Notes under the pieces: model-generated
Told to the model about the DNA's origin: nothing
What the model saw: only the letters and a program-made list of their open reading frames with translations
The model's database searches: none
Part shown: piece after piece, positions 32,274 to 45,877 of the stretch
How positions within the stretch are numbered: position 1 is the first letter of the stretch
Layout of the letters: every line of letters begins with the position of its first letter
Assembly: GCA_963721525.1 (NCBI GenBank)
Contig: CAVRJL010000015.1
Coordinates: 163,672-227,671 of the forward strand
Direction: 5' to 3'
From: an uncultured Negativicutes bacterium
Lineage (GTDB): Bacteria; Bacillota; Negativicutes; JBAXTZ01
DNA length: 64,000 bases
Position numbers and translations under genes: made by a program

Positions 32274-33584
32274 TTATTTGCATTCTCCTAAAAAGGCTCC
32301 TCTTACTTCATTTAACATATACAAAGAACCACAAACAACAATAAGTTCATCTTTTTCTACTTGTTCTCTCAACCAATTAACTGCCTGCGAAATTTTACAA
32401 AATGAAATCGCTTCTTTACTGTTTTTCAAAAATTGTTTCGTTAGTTTATTCCTAGATAACCCTAAATTATTCGAAACCGTTACAGTTGCAGCTTTATATA
32501 TGAGTGGAGCAAGAATTTTAATAGCTTCTATGTAATTTTTATTTACTAACATTCCGAATAATAAGTATATTTTTTTGTTTAAAAAATTTTCGCTTAAAAA
32601 CTCTGCTAAACTTTTTATTCCTTGAGAATTATGTGCTCCATCCAAAATAATTATAGGATTAAAGCTTATTATTTCTAAACGACCAGGCCACCTTGCGTTG
32701 TTTAACCCATTAGTTATATCTTTTTCACTTATTTTTAATTTTCCACTTTTTACTATTTCTTCGATCGCAGTTATAGCTAACGCTGCATTTTGTAGCTGAT
32801 ATTTACCAATTAATTGTATTGTCAAGTTTTTATAAACGCCGAAATCAAAAACCTGCTCAGTTAATGTATTTTTTTTTAATAAAATTTTATTAAAATTGAC
32901 AATATTCAGTTGAGAGTTTTTTTTATTTACTTTTTTTTTTATAATTTTATCTACTTCGTTTTGCTGTTTGTAAGAAATAACTTTACAATTATTCTTTATA
33001 ATACCACATTTTTCATCTGCTATTTTCGTCAAAGTATTTCCTAAAAAATTTGCATGATCAAAATCTATTGTTGTAAGCACTACCGCTAAAACATCGTCAA
33101 TCACATTCGTAGCATCAAGTCTTCCCCCTAATCCTGTTTCTAATACAACAATTTCACAATTTTCGTCAGCAAAAAATAAAAAAGCAGCCACAGTCAATAT
33201 TTCGAATCCGCTTAATTTTAATCTTAAAAATTTTTCTCTTTTTAATACTAAATTGATGTTATAACAAAATACTTTTTTTTTTATTTGTTCATTATTTATC
33301 TTTATTCGTTCTGTATATTCAGCTAAATGAGGTGATGTATATAAGCCTACTTTATATCCTGCTTCTCTTAAAATTTCGGCAATAAATATAGCTGTAGATC
33401 CTTTCCCATTTGTACCTGCTAAATGGATAACCTTAAATTTCTTTTCTGGATTGCTTAGACTTGTAAGTATTTCTTTAATCATTTGCAAATCATTTTCATT
33501 GACAGATAAATTTGTTGTTTTATCCACTCTTCTATTAAGTTCATGACATATTTGTTTATAATAAAATTCTGGTTCTCTTTTCAA
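32274..33584 (-). CDS. folC: Folylpolyglutamate synthase / dihydrofolate synthase
   Basis: HLAGTNGKGST, YTSPHL, ETGLGGRLDATN, WPGRLE, LDGAHN, GSLY. Confidence 0.97.
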   Translation of the reverse strand: MKREPEFYYKQICHELNRRVDKTTNLSVNENDLQMIKEILTSLSNPEKKFKVIHLAGTNGKGSTAIFIAEILREAGYKVGLYTSPHLAEYTERIKINNEQIKKKVFCYNINLVLKREKFLRLKLSGFEILTVAAFLFFADENCEIVVLETGLGGRLDATNVIDDVLAVVLTTIDFDHANFLGNTLTKIADEKCGIIKNNCKVISYKQQNEVDKIIKKKVNKKNSQLNIVNFNKILLKKNTLTEQVFDFGVYKNLTIQLIGKYQLQNAALAITAIEEIVKSGKLKISEKDITNGLNNARWPGRLEIISFNPIIILDGAHNSQGIKSLAEFLSENFLNKKIYLLFGMLVNKNYIEAIKILAPLIYKAATVTVSNNLGLSRNKLTKQFLKNSKEAISFCKISQAVNWLREQVEKDELIVVCGSLYMLNEVRGAFLGECK

Positions 33585-34023
33585 AAGAATTATTTTCTCC
33601 TTATTATAAGCAACTAATTTTTTATAATATATTTTATACTTATTTAATAATTTATGCGCGAATAAGTCATTACTAGTAATTTTATTTTTTGCTATGAGAT
33701 CAAGCGTTTCTAAAATAAATCACCATTCACATAACTGGAAATATAGTTAATATTTAATAAATATAAAGTATTTGTCAAATTGCTTTTATAATCACTATTT
33801 TTTTGCAATCACTTATAACAGTACTAAATACTTTTTTAAACTCTTCTATTTCCAATATATTATCTGATATTTTTTTATAAAGTTTAAATCCTCAATATTT
33901 TCCTCTACGTTGTTTCTTAAATAAGCTGTTAGATAATACCTTAGATCCTTCTCTTTTTTTTTATCACAAACTTTATAATTCACCATATTTATCATATAAT
34001 AAATAGTCTCTCCTTTAAAATTT

Positions 34024-36602
<2,579 letters not shown>

Positions 36603-36628
36603 TAATACCTCACTACATCACAAAAAAA

Positions 36629-37081
36629 TTAAAATCCAGTACTACCAAATCCACCGTTCCTATTTTTATTCGCCACATCATTGTCAGTCTTTAAATATTT
36701 ATAAAAAATTCCTTGCGCTATTCTACTAAATTTTTTTATTAATACATTAAATTTTCCCATATTAAAAAAAGGAAGCATAATATGTCCTTCATTTGTTGGA
36801 TTGTTATAATAATCACTATCTATTATTCCTTGAGAATTAAGTAAAATAATATTGTATTTTATTGCTAAACTTGAACGAATATGTATACCTAAATATTCAT
36901 CCTCTTGCATATAAGATTTGATTCCGGTTGAAATCAAAATTAATTTATTTATAGGAATTATTACATCTTCAATCGCTCTTATATCGTAGCCTGCACTATT
37001 TGTAGTTCTGCGCTTAGGTAAAGGAGTTTTCAAAATACTATCATTATATTTTGAAATATATTCAAACCCTCTAATTCTCAT
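36629..37081 (-). CDS. dut: dUTP diphosphatase
   Basis: SAGYD, RSSLA, GIIDSDYY, RIAQGIF, RNGGFGSTG. Confidence 0.96.
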   Translation of the reverse strand: MRIRGFEYISKYNDSILKTPLPKRRTTNSAGYDIRAIEDVIIPINKLILISTGIKSYMQEDEYLGIHIRSSLAIKYNIILLNSQGIIDSDYYNNPTNEGHIMLPFFNMGKFNVLIKKFSRIAQGIFYKYLKTDNDVANKNRNGGFGSTGF

Positions 37082-37122
37082 ATTTTAATATATCCTTTAT
37101 TTTTATATATTGTCTAATATAA

Positions 37123-37850
37123 TCAATTATTTTTTTCTAAAAACAATAACGCTTTAGCTGCGGCACTTTGTTCGGCTTGTTTTTTGTTTTTTCCTTCTCC
37201 GTAGCTAAAAAATTTATTATCAATAAAAACTTCTACATTAAACCAAGGCGCATGATCAGGCCCTGTAGTAGATATTAATTTGTATTCAATAATTTTCTTT
37301 ACAAATTTTCTATTTCCTTGCACAATTTCTTGTAAAAGTGTTTTGTAGTCTCTATATTTACCTAAAGAGTTTAAATTTTCCTCAAATAAGGAAAAAATGA
37401 CTTTTTCAGTAATTTCTATGCCTTGACCTATATAAATAGCTCCGATTAAAGCCTCAAGTGTATCTGCTAATATAGATGGACGCTTTTCTCCTTTCGACTT
37501 CCTCTCCCCTCGTCCTAATCTTATATATTTACCTACTCCTATCTTAATCGCCAATTGAGCTAAAGTTTTTTCACGAACTATTTCTGCTCTTAATTTTGTT
37601 AATTCTCCTTCATTAACTTTCGGAAAATGTTCAAATAAAAACCGACTTATTACTAAATCCAATACAGCATCTCCTAAGAATTCTAATCTTTCATTACTTT
37701 GAATATTTTTAATAACACTTTTTTCATTAGCATAGGAACTATGAATTAATGCTGTATAAATAAATTTATTAAAAGAAAAATCTATTCCTGTGTATTGCTT
37801 GAGTTTAGGAGGTATAATATATTTTTTTTTTTTATTAAGTTATTTATCAA
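37123..37850 (-). CDS. rnc: Ribonuclease III; 5' end out of frame at an A12 tract
   Basis: TALIHSSYANE...SNERLEFLGDAVL (upstream of the track's ORF), ADTLEALIGA, DYKTLLQE, GPDH, KKQAEQ.AA. No canonical in-frame start; the TTG at 37850 is one frame off. Confidence 0.93.
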
Positions 37851-37956
37851 TGTATTTTTTCACCACCAAGGACATATTATGTTCTTAAAAATCAAAACAT
37901 TTTAATATAGCTACCATAATTTGTTCTTTTTAAAGTTTTTAAAAGAACAAATTTGA

Positions 37957-38019
37957 ATCTAATTAAGATCATGATTTTTTAGATGTATTGTAGATTAATT
38001 TATTTGATCTTAATTAGAT
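37957..38019. repeat. Perfect 15-bp inverted repeat with 33-bp spacer, next to a second hairpin at 37918-37953
   Basis: ATCTAATTAAGATCA / TGATCTTAATTAGAT; the adjacent hairpin is AATTTGTTCTTTT...AAAAGAACAAATT. Confidence 0.85.
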
Positions 38020-38099
38020 CATAAATATATGTATTAAAAGATCGTTTATTTTCAATAATTATAGTTCCTCTGCCTTAAATATTGCGTCGTTTAATGACA

Positions 38100-38360
38100 A
38101 CGACACATACTTATAGCGTCTAAATCTTTATGAAAATTATCTACGTTAGCTCTATTTATGGTTTAAGACATATTTTTTTATTGCAAATTTATCTCTAACT
38201 CCCTAAAACGAATACGAAGAATATTTCGGTTAATTATTATGAATAAACAATTAAGTCTGTAAACTTTTTTTATCAATATATTTTCAAAAATCAAGATAAT
38301 CTGAACTAAGTTGACGTTACTATACTCACTTCTGTTATACTAACCCCATTTTTTATAGAA
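38100..38360 (-). pseudogene. Possible heavily decayed fabF remnant
   Basis: Occupies the acpP-fabF-rnc position. Fragments KNGVSITEVSIVTST* and GVRDKFAIKKYV weakly resemble FabF KRRVVITGLG.VTP and GEVKDFD..Y. Confidence 0.35.
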
Positions 38361-38407
38361 ATAATTTAACTAGCCAATTATTAAAGTTTTATCCTCATTA
38401 AAGTAAG

Positions 38408-38665
38408 TTAAAGTTTATTGCTTTTTTCCGTAATTAGTTGCACAATATCATTTATTGTTTTAATCCTTTCGGCAACATCATCTGGAATTTCAATTTCAAA
38501 TTTTTCTTCAAATGACATCATCAGTTCTACAATATCAAGAGAATCTGCTCCTAAATCATCTATAAATGTAGCTTCACCCATAATATCATCTGAATTTATT
38601 GTTAATTGTTCAGCAACAATATCTCTAACTTGGTCAAAAATTTTACTATCTGCCGATGTGCTCAT
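38408..38665 (-). CDS. acpP: Acyl carrier protein
   Basis: [21 protein letters not shown] (phosphopantetheine Ser). Confidence 0.98.
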   Translation of the reverse strand: MSTSADSKIFDQVRDIVAEQLTINSDDIMGEATFIDDLGADSLDIVELMMSFEEKFEIEIPDDVAERIKTINDIVQLITEKSNKL

Positions 38666-39061
38666 ATAACCATCTCCTTAACTTAGTTACTTCATTAATA
38701 TTTCCCAATCTAACCAAAAAATTTGTCTATATCCTCTTAATTTACTACAGCTATACTATTTTTTGTCAATAAAACTAGGAAAGATAATATTCATTCTAAT
38801 ATTGCATGAAGATAACTAATTAGATAAATATTTTACTAATCCTATAACTTCAGCTTTCGCTACTAAACAATTAACTTATGCTATATTATCTATGAAAATC
38901 GTGTTAATTTTACAATGCCTACGTTGTAAAGTCCAAATATTTATAGCATCTAACTTTTTTTGTATGTGATTACTGTCTTAATTATACGTAAGAAGATTAA
39001 AATTAAATTTACAGTAGTTGCTGTTGCTATTTTTTAATCTTTACACGTTCAACTTAATCAA

Positions 39062-40114
39062 TTATTTACTAAATTTATTTATTGCTAACATAATTAAACA
39101 ATCAATCAATTCACTATATTTTATGCCACTTGCTTGCCAAAGTTTAGTGTACATACTTATAGAAGTAAATCCAGGCAAAGTATTAATTTCATTAATAAAA
39201 AACTTTTCGTCTTTAGTAAGAAAAAAATCTATTCTCGCCAGCCCACTACAACATAAAACTTCATATGCTTTAACTGCTAAATTTAAACACTCTGTTATTT
39301 TTTTTTTCGGCAAATCTACAGGAATTTTAAATTTTGTGTTTTTACTATCAATATATTTAACAGCGTACGAATAAAAGCGCTTATTTAATATTATTTCTCC
39401 TGGCAAAGATATTATAGGATGCTCATTACCTAGTACAGCGCATTCTATTTCTCTTACTTCATAAAACTTTTCCACTAAAACTTTATTATCATATTTAAAA
39501 GCTAAATCAATTGCCGAAAAAAATTTTTTTTCGGAAAATATCTTGCTTATTCCTATAGAAGAACCCATATTTGCTGGTTTTATAAATAAAGGCAAGCCGA
39601 GCTTTTCTTTGACTTTTAAAAAATCTAATTTCTCATTTTTTTTAAAACTTAAAAATTCTACTATCGGTAAATTTGCATCGCGAAATAAACGTTTAGAAAT
39701 ATCTTTATCCATGGCTAAAGCTGAACCCAACACATTCGATCCAACAAAAGGTATTCCGAGTAAATTTAATAATCCTTGTATTGTGCCATCTTCACCATTA
39801 GGTCCATGTAAAATAGGAAAAACTACATCATATTTTACTGGGGTTTTATCATCTTTAAAAAAAATTCCATCACCAAGTCTTATACTAAGCGGTCTCCCCT
39901 TTATATTTAAATGCACCTCTCTAGAATCAGTATAATTTATCAAGAAGTTTTCATTTTCTAATAAATACCAATACCCATCTTTATCTATACCAATTATAGA
40001 TATTTCATATTTATCTTTATCTATTGCTTTATTTATATAATAAGCAGATATTAATGATACCTCGTGTTCTGCTGATTTGCCCCCACACAAAATCGCCAAT
40101 TTTATTTTTTTCAT
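39062..40114 (-). CDS. ddl: D-alanine--D-alanine ligase
   Basis: GGKSAEHEVS, LHGPNGEDG, KPANMGSSIG, YSYAVKY, NEINTLPGFT. Confidence 0.97.
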   Translation of the reverse strand: MKKIKLAILCGGKSAEHEVSLISAYYINKAIDKDKYEISIIGIDKDGYWYLLENENFLINYTDSREVHLNIKGRPLSIRLGDGIFFKDDKTPVKYDVVFPILHGPNGEDGTIQGLLNLLGIPFVGSNVLGSALAMDKDISKRLFRDANLPIVEFLSFKKNEKLDFLKVKEKLGLPLFIKPANMGSSIGISKIFSEKKFFSAIDLAFKYDNKVLVEKFYEVREIECAVLGNEHPIISLPGEIILNKRFYSYAVKYIDSKNTKFKIPVDLPKKKITECLNLAVKAYEVLCCSGLARIDFFLTKDEKFFINEINTLPGFTSISMYTKLWQASGIKYSELIDCLIMLAINKFSK

Positions 40115-40494
40115 TTTTCACCCATTATATTCTACAAGTTTTTAAAAGTCAATTTATACTTTATTACATTACAAAATTACATTACAAAACAACATGTATT
40201 TAGCGTTAGTTTTTTTATCTTCTAATTTCTACACTAATTTTTTAGCCAAGCTTACTCTATATTTCTTAAAATTTTCTAAACTATATCTATATTATTCTTA
40301 TTAACATAGCTGCCAAAATTACAATCTTGTTGTTACCTATATATTACATCTTTATTAATTAAATATACAACTTTTTTCTTATAAGTTAGTGACTTTTAAT
40401 TCTATTTATTGCTTTTTTTAAATTTCAATTATCCAATTATTAATTTATTTTAGAAAGAATTATAACATGATAATAACAAGCGCTGTGTTTATAT

Positions 40495-41679
40495 TTAATA
40501 AATAGATTTTGTTTTTTGTATTTTTAACCTTATTTTCTTCATATAAATCAAAATAATAAGAAAATTTATTAAAAGCACTATGATGGAAAAATTTAGTTTT
40601 ATATTTATTTTTTCACTATAACTATATATACTCATTCCAATTAACATAGCACTATTTTCCATCATATTTTGACACGCTACCGCTCGACCTGTACCGATAG
40701 TGGTATAACCGATTTTTTGCAAACAAGCATTTAATGGAACAACAAAAACCGCTCCAAAAACTCCTATAAACAGTAAAGATATTATAACTAAAATAAATGA
40801 CTTTATAATTAAAAACGATGATAACATTAGTGCTACACCATATCCCCCATAAAATATTCTATGAATACGTTGCATTGAAATAAAATAAGGCACAATAAAA
40901 GAACCTAAAATTAAGCCTATTCCTGTTAAAGAAAAAAATAAACTTATATACGAAGTATTTGTTAAAGACCATCGTAATTGTAACCACATAATAAATATCA
41001 TTCTAAATACTGTTGCAACCATCCAAAAACTTGAAGTCCCCATTATCGCAAATTTACTTATAGAATTACTAAAAAGAATCTGAAAATCTTTAATGAAAGA
41101 AATTATAAAATCGTTTAGTTTTAGTTCTTTTTTTGGCATATCTTTTGGAATACCAAAACTAAATACTATCGAAATAATGAAAACTATAAAACTTAATACG
41201 ATGGAAAACTTTAAAGAATAGTTAACTAAAAATCCCCCTGTTATTCCGCCGCATAAAATAGCTACTATTGTAGTAGCTTCCATCCAGGAATTATATTTTA
41301 CAAGATATTCTTCTTCATTACATAACCAAGGCAAAAGTCCGTATTTAGGCATGGTATAAATTGCTGCTCCGCATCCTATTATAAAATAAACTACTATTGG
41401 ATTTGCTATATTAAATAGCAAAACCATACTAATTAATTTAACTAAATTCCCAACTTTTAAGACATGAGTTTTAGGATATTTATCTGTTATACGTCCTAAA
41501 ATTGAAGAAAATAATAAATAAGGAACTAAAAAAAAAGTTTGAGCTAAAGGAACATAATAATGAGGGTAATTATAACATTTCACAATATTAATAATTATAT
41601 AAATAATCATATTATCGCCTACTGCAGCAAAAAACTGTGATATTATTAAGAAATTTATTGGTTTATTTAAACAAATCAT
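40495..41679 (-). CDS. lplT: Lysophospholipid transporter LplT (MFS)
   Basis: SQFFAAVGDN, PKYGLLP, VVPLNACLQ..G...G.GRAVACQN..EN; directly downstream of aas. Confidence 0.88.
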   Translation of the reverse strand: MICLNKPINFLIISQFFAAVGDNMIIYIIINIVKCYNYPHYYVPLAQTFFLVPYLLFSSILGRITDKYPKTHVLKVGNLVKLISMVLLFNIANPIVVYFIIGCGAAIYTMPKYGLLPWLCNEEEYLVKYNSWMEATTIVAILCGGITGGFLVNYSLKFSIVLSFIVFIISIVFSFGIPKDMPKKELKLNDFIISFIKDFQILFSNSISKFAIMGTSSFWMVATVFRMIFIMWLQLRWSLTNTSYISLFFSLTGIGLILGSFIVPYFISMQRIHRIFYGGYGVALMLSSFLIIKSFILVIISLLFIGVFGAVFVVPLNACLQKIGYTTIGTGRAVACQNMMENSAMLIGMSIYSYSEKINIKLNFSIIVLLINFLIILIYMKKIRLKIQKTKSIY

Positions 41680-41725
41680 TTTAAAAAACTTCTACCCCAA
41701 AATAAAATTTTAATACTTCGTAGAT

Positions 41726-43885
41726 TTATTCCTCCTTTTTCTTCCTTTCATATAAGCCTTTAAGAGCTATATAATCGGTTTTTCCATTACCTAGTAAAGG
41801 TAAGTTATCAACTAATATTACTTCTTCAGGATAAGCAAGCATGGTTTGACCTGTAGCATACCAACATTTTCTTAAACTTTTCAAATCGATATGCAATAAA
41901 GCAATAAATACTATTATTTTTTCGCCTCGTTTTTCATCATAAACATTTATAGCCGCACATTTAACTTTATTAAGACAAATAGAGATATTTTTTTCTACCA
42001 TATCTAAACTAATCATCTCGCCGCTTATTTTCGCAAACCTTTTTAATCGTGATACAATTTTTATATAATCTTCCTCGTCAATAGAAATCACATCCCCTGT
42101 GTCATGATAATTATTCTCTAAGGGAATAAAACCCTTACCGTGCACAATATAGCCTTTCATTACATTAGGCCCTTTAACTTTCAATAAACCTACTTTTGTA
42201 TTTTCTTTATAATTTAATCCTTCTATAGGTTCTATAATATATTCGATTCCAGGTAATATTTTCCCTACACAACCTTTTTTGTGAAAGAGTTTGCTACTTA
42301 TAGAAAGAAAAGGAGAAGCTTCCGTAACCCCATATCCTTCCATAACCATTATAGAAAACTTTTCCAACCATTGATTTCTTGTAAAGTCTGTTAATTTTTC
42401 TCCCCCAGAGACAACATATCTTATACTATTAAAATCATAGTGATGTGCATAATTAGCATATCCATTTAGAAAAGTTGGAGTGCTCAAAAGGATTGTAATA
42501 TTAAAATCATAACAAATTTCAGGTATTTCTTTATAATGCAATGGCGAAGGATATAATAGTAGAGGTATTCCTTCGATTAAAGGTAAAATAGCTCCTGCCA
42601 TTAGTCCAAAAGCATGAAATAAAGGTAAAGCATTAAACATAAAATCTGCTGGAGTTATATCAAAAACGCTTATCCCTTGGCATATATTAGCCAAAATTGA
42701 CTTATGAGTAAGAACAACTCCCTTCGGAATACTTTCAGTTCCACTTGTAAATAAAATAATTTCCTGGTCGGTATTATTTTTAGCTTTAAATAAAAGAACA
42801 GTTTTAATCCAACCTATAAATTTATCTAATATATTTATTCTTTTACTAATATCCTCTAGGTAAATTAAATGGCATTTTTCTTGTAATTTTTCTTCCAAAG
42901 ATTCCAGGTTTGCTTTTTTTATAAAAGTTCTTGAAGTTATTATGGTTTTAACTTGTGTAGTTGCTATGCATAATAAATTATTAGTTAATCCTAAGGTATA
43001 ATTAATCATTACAATGTTTTTATTTATAGAGAATAAACCAAATAAAGTAGGAATAATAGAAAGAATATTGGGTAACATAATTCCTATATATCTTTCATTT
43101 TGTAAAATATTTTTAAATACTTTGCCTAAAATATTAGTAGCAATTACAACCCCCTTATAGCTTAATTTTATTTCATTATTATCATAAATAATATGCTTAT
43201 CCCAACCATGTTTATCTGCAGAATCCAATAATTTATTAAATAAGTTATTAATATTTCTATTTTGATACATACATGCTTTAGCCTTTAACTCCTGTAATAT
43301 ACTAATTATTTTATCAGCATAAATACGTTTATAAGAATTTATAATAACATTTTCCTTAAAAGATAAATTAAAAGCTTTACCGATACATAAAGTTATTTCA
43401 TGAAACCAAAAAGTCTTATATTTATTTTTGATAAAAGTAAATCTACTATGTTCTAACCCAAACGTTCCTATAGGTAAGATTTTCGCATTGCTTTTTGCTG
43501 CTATCCATACTATACCACTATAGCCCTTCATGGTTATCCCTGTAGTTGTTAAGCGACCTTCTGGGAAAATAAATACATGTTTTTTTTCATTTAACTTTTT
43601 TATTATATTTTTCATAGAATAAGCATTTTTTTGATTAATAGATACAAATTCACACGCATATTTAAAAATCCAATTAAGTTTTTTTACATATTGCGAATGA
43701 ATTACATAAAAAGTATCTTTAGGCATTATAGTATAAAATAATATTGCATCAATAAAAGAGACATGATTAGCTATAAATATAGTAGGTTTTTCTATTTTCT
43801 TAAGTTCATTTTTGTTGACAATCCTAACAGTATAAAAAATTTTTATTACTAATTTACATAATAAACGCAATAATGATCTAATCAA
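41726..43885 (-). CDS. aas: Bifunctional acyl-ACP synthetase / 2-acylglycerophosphoethanolamine acyltransferase
   Basis: N-terminal PlsC domain (NHVSFID, FPEGR) fused to an AMP-binding domain (FTSGTESIPKGV, EGYGVTE, DTGD, RLKRFAKISGEM, GKTDY). Confidence 0.93.
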   Translation of the reverse strand: MIRSLLRLLCKLVIKIFYTVRIVNKNELKKIEKPTIFIANHVSFIDAILFYTIMPKDTFYVIHSQYVKKLNWIFKYACEFVSINQKNAYSMKNIIKKLNEKKHVFIFPEGRLTTTGITMKGYSGIVWIAAKSNAKILPIGTFGLEHSRFTFIKNKYKTFWFHEITLCIGKAFNLSFKENVIINSYKRIYADKIISILQELKAKACMYQNRNINNLFNKLLDSADKHGWDKHIIYDNNEIKLSYKGVVIATNILGKVFKNILQNERYIGIMLPNILSIIPTLFGLFSINKNIVMINYTLGLTNNLLCIATTQVKTIITSRTFIKKANLESLEEKLQEKCHLIYLEDISKRINILDKFIGWIKTVLLFKAKNNTDQEIILFTSGTESIPKGVVLTHKSILANICQGISVFDITPADFMFNALPLFHAFGLMAGAILPLIEGIPLLLYPSPLHYKEIPEICYDFNITILLSTPTFLNGYANYAHHYDFNSIRYVVSGGEKLTDFTRNQWLEKFSIMVMEGYGVTEASPFLSISSKLFHKKGCVGKILPGIEYIIEPIEGLNYKENTKVGLLKVKGPNVMKGYIVHGKGFIPLENNYHDTGDVISIDEEDYIKIVSRLKRFAKISGEMISLDMVEKNISICLNKVKCAAINVYDEKRGEKIIVFIALLHIDLKSLRKCWYATGQTMLAYPEEVILVDNLPLLGNGKTDYIALKGLYERKKKEE

Positions 43886-44030
43886 AGTATACCTCCGTAT
43901 TTGAAAATAATTACTAAGCTTTTTATTTTCAAATTATTGTAAGGTTCTAAAAAAAGTAAAGATATAAATTTACGTAAAATTAAAATAAACGGTATTTATT
44001 ATTCGTCAAAAATTGAATAAAAATATTTTA

Positions 44031-44068
44031 CAAAACTTACAAACATTTTAAATTCAAAACTTACAAAC
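44031..44068. repeat. 14-bp direct repeat upstream of aas
   Basis: CAAAACTTACAAAC at 44031-44044 and 44055-44068. Confidence 0.75.
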
Positions 44069-44403
44069 TGAAACTGTAGTATTCTTTTGTTTGTATAATT
44101 GCATATATCCAATCATTTAGATACTTATAAGACAAAATTTTAACCCATTGTTCAGCTAATCCAAAAACTTTGGCTAATTTAAGTTGATCTGCTGAAGCAT
44201 GGATATTCTCTATACTGAGCTTTGCAGGTAATAATAAAACTATTTCTCCTTGAAAATATAATTATAAAACAAAGAAATTCAGATACTTAGAAAATAAGAA
44301 CTCCACTTTAGCTGTTGTGCAATTTTTACTAATTTCATCCTAAATAAATATTTATAATTTACTTTATCTAGAAATTGTATTTCTATCATATTCATTTTAC
44401 CCT

Positions 44404-45405
44404 CTACATGAAAAAAGAACTTAACACTTCTATAATTTTGTAAAATAATCCTCCAATAACCATTGAAAAAGGAATAGTCCAAATCCAAGCTAGAAACATT
44501 TTTTTTATTGTTGCCCATCTTACAGCATTAAATCTTTTAGCCGCTCCAACACCTGCTATAGAGCAGGATACAATATGCGTAGTACTTACAGGTAAATGTA
44601 ATGAAGTTGCAGTAAAAATTATTAATGATGAACTGAAATCAGCGGCAAATCCTGACAAAGAATCAAGCTTAAAAATTTTACTACTCATCGTTTTTATTAT
44701 CTTAACACCACCCATGCTGGTCCCTGCTGTCATTGCTAATGATGCCGCAAGTTTTACCCAAAAAGGTACTTCTATATTTGATAACCAACCAATAGAAAAT
44801 AAAGATAATGTAATAATACCCATACCTTTTTGGGCATCATTTGACCCATTAGAAAATGCCATCATTGCTACAGAAACAATTTGCAACTTTTTAAAGCGCC
44901 TATTGATATCTCTTGGAGCCCATCGACCAAACATCCAAAAAAAAGCTATCATAATACAAAAAGCTATTGTTAGCGCTATCAATGGCGAATAAATTAAAAA
45001 TTGAAGTATTTTTATGATGCCTTTTATTTTTAAAACAGAAACTCTGCTAGAAGCTAATATTGCTCCGATTAATCCTCCTATTAAAGCATGAGACGAACTT
45101 GAGGGTATTCCTTTCCACCACGTAAATAGGTTCCAAAAAATCGCTCCAATTATTGCTGCTAATATTACCTTTAAATTTATTCGATTAGCAAAAACTATAT
45201 CGTTAACAATAGTTTTTGCAACTCCTGTCGAATACATTGCACCAAAAAAATTCATCACCGCAGATATTGCTACAGCTTTTCTTGGAGTTAATGCCCGTGT
45301 CGAAATAGCAATAGCAATAGCGTTAGCTGCATCATGAAATCCATTTATATAATCAAAAACTAACGACCCAACTATAATAACAATAACTAAAGATACACTA
45401 AGCAT
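44404..45405 (-). CDS. pit: Inorganic phosphate transporter (PiT family)
   Basis: NGFHDAANAIA, GIPSSSSHALIGG, GSNDAQKGMG, PVSTTH. Confidence 0.96.
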   Translation of the reverse strand: MLSVSLVIVIIVGSLVFDYINGFHDAANAIAIAISTRALTPRKAVAISAVMNFFGAMYSTGVAKTIVNDIVFANRINLKVILAAIIGAIFWNLFTWWKGIPSSSSHALIGGLIGAILASSRVSVLKIKGIIKILQFLIYSPLIALTIAFCIMIAFFWMFGRWAPRDINRRFKKLQIVSVAMMAFSNGSNDAQKGMGIITLSLFSIGWLSNIEVPFWVKLAASLAMTAGTSMGGVKIIKTMSSKIFKLDSLSGFAADFSSSLIIFTATSLHLPVSTTHIVSCSIAGVGAAKRFNAVRWATIKKMFLAWIWTIPFSMVIGGLFYKIIEVLSSFFM

Positions 45406-45870
45406 ATTTCATTACTAATCCTCGAATTATATGAGCAAAATCATCACAATGATCAAGAGTGTTTTCTAGCAGTTCGTATATTTCTTTCCACTTTATTATT
45501 TCTATGGGGTTTTGGCATTCAATGAATAAATTAGCTAACTCTCGATTGTAAATTCTATCTCCTTCATCTTCTAGTTCAATAACATTATAACATTGCTCTA
45601 AAATTTGTTCTCTATTTGTTTTCATATCCTGTAGAAACTTAAAAATTAAAAATAATTCGTCAGCACAAGATGCTAATAAAGTACACATTTCTAAAGCACC
45701 TGGAATAGTTCTTGATATTTTAAATACAACCATCCTATCAACTATTTCTTTAATCATTCCAACAAAATTTTTAAGTTTTTTTATGATTAAAAAAATCTCT
45801 TCCCTATCAATCGGAGTAATAAAGCTTTGATTTAATTTGTCAATAACTGCCTCATGCAGTTCAATTATTG
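45398..45870 (-). CDS. DUF47 (PhoU-like) phosphate transport regulator; 5' part cut by a sequence junction
   Basis: KLNQSFITPIDREEI upstream of the track ORF, LEDEGD, IKWKEIYELLE..D.C.D; coupled to pit. Confidence 0.88.
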
Positions 45871-45877
45871 AATAAGC

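Noticed and set aside
40163-40188. 13-bp tandem duplication ATTACATTACAAA (similar short duplications at ~1585 and 7672)
   Set aside because: Two-copy slippage duplications with unrelated units; no spacers, so not a CRISPR or iteron array.
44060-44395. Broken reading frames between pit and aas
   Set aside because: Possibly a decayed gene, but I cannot assign a family.
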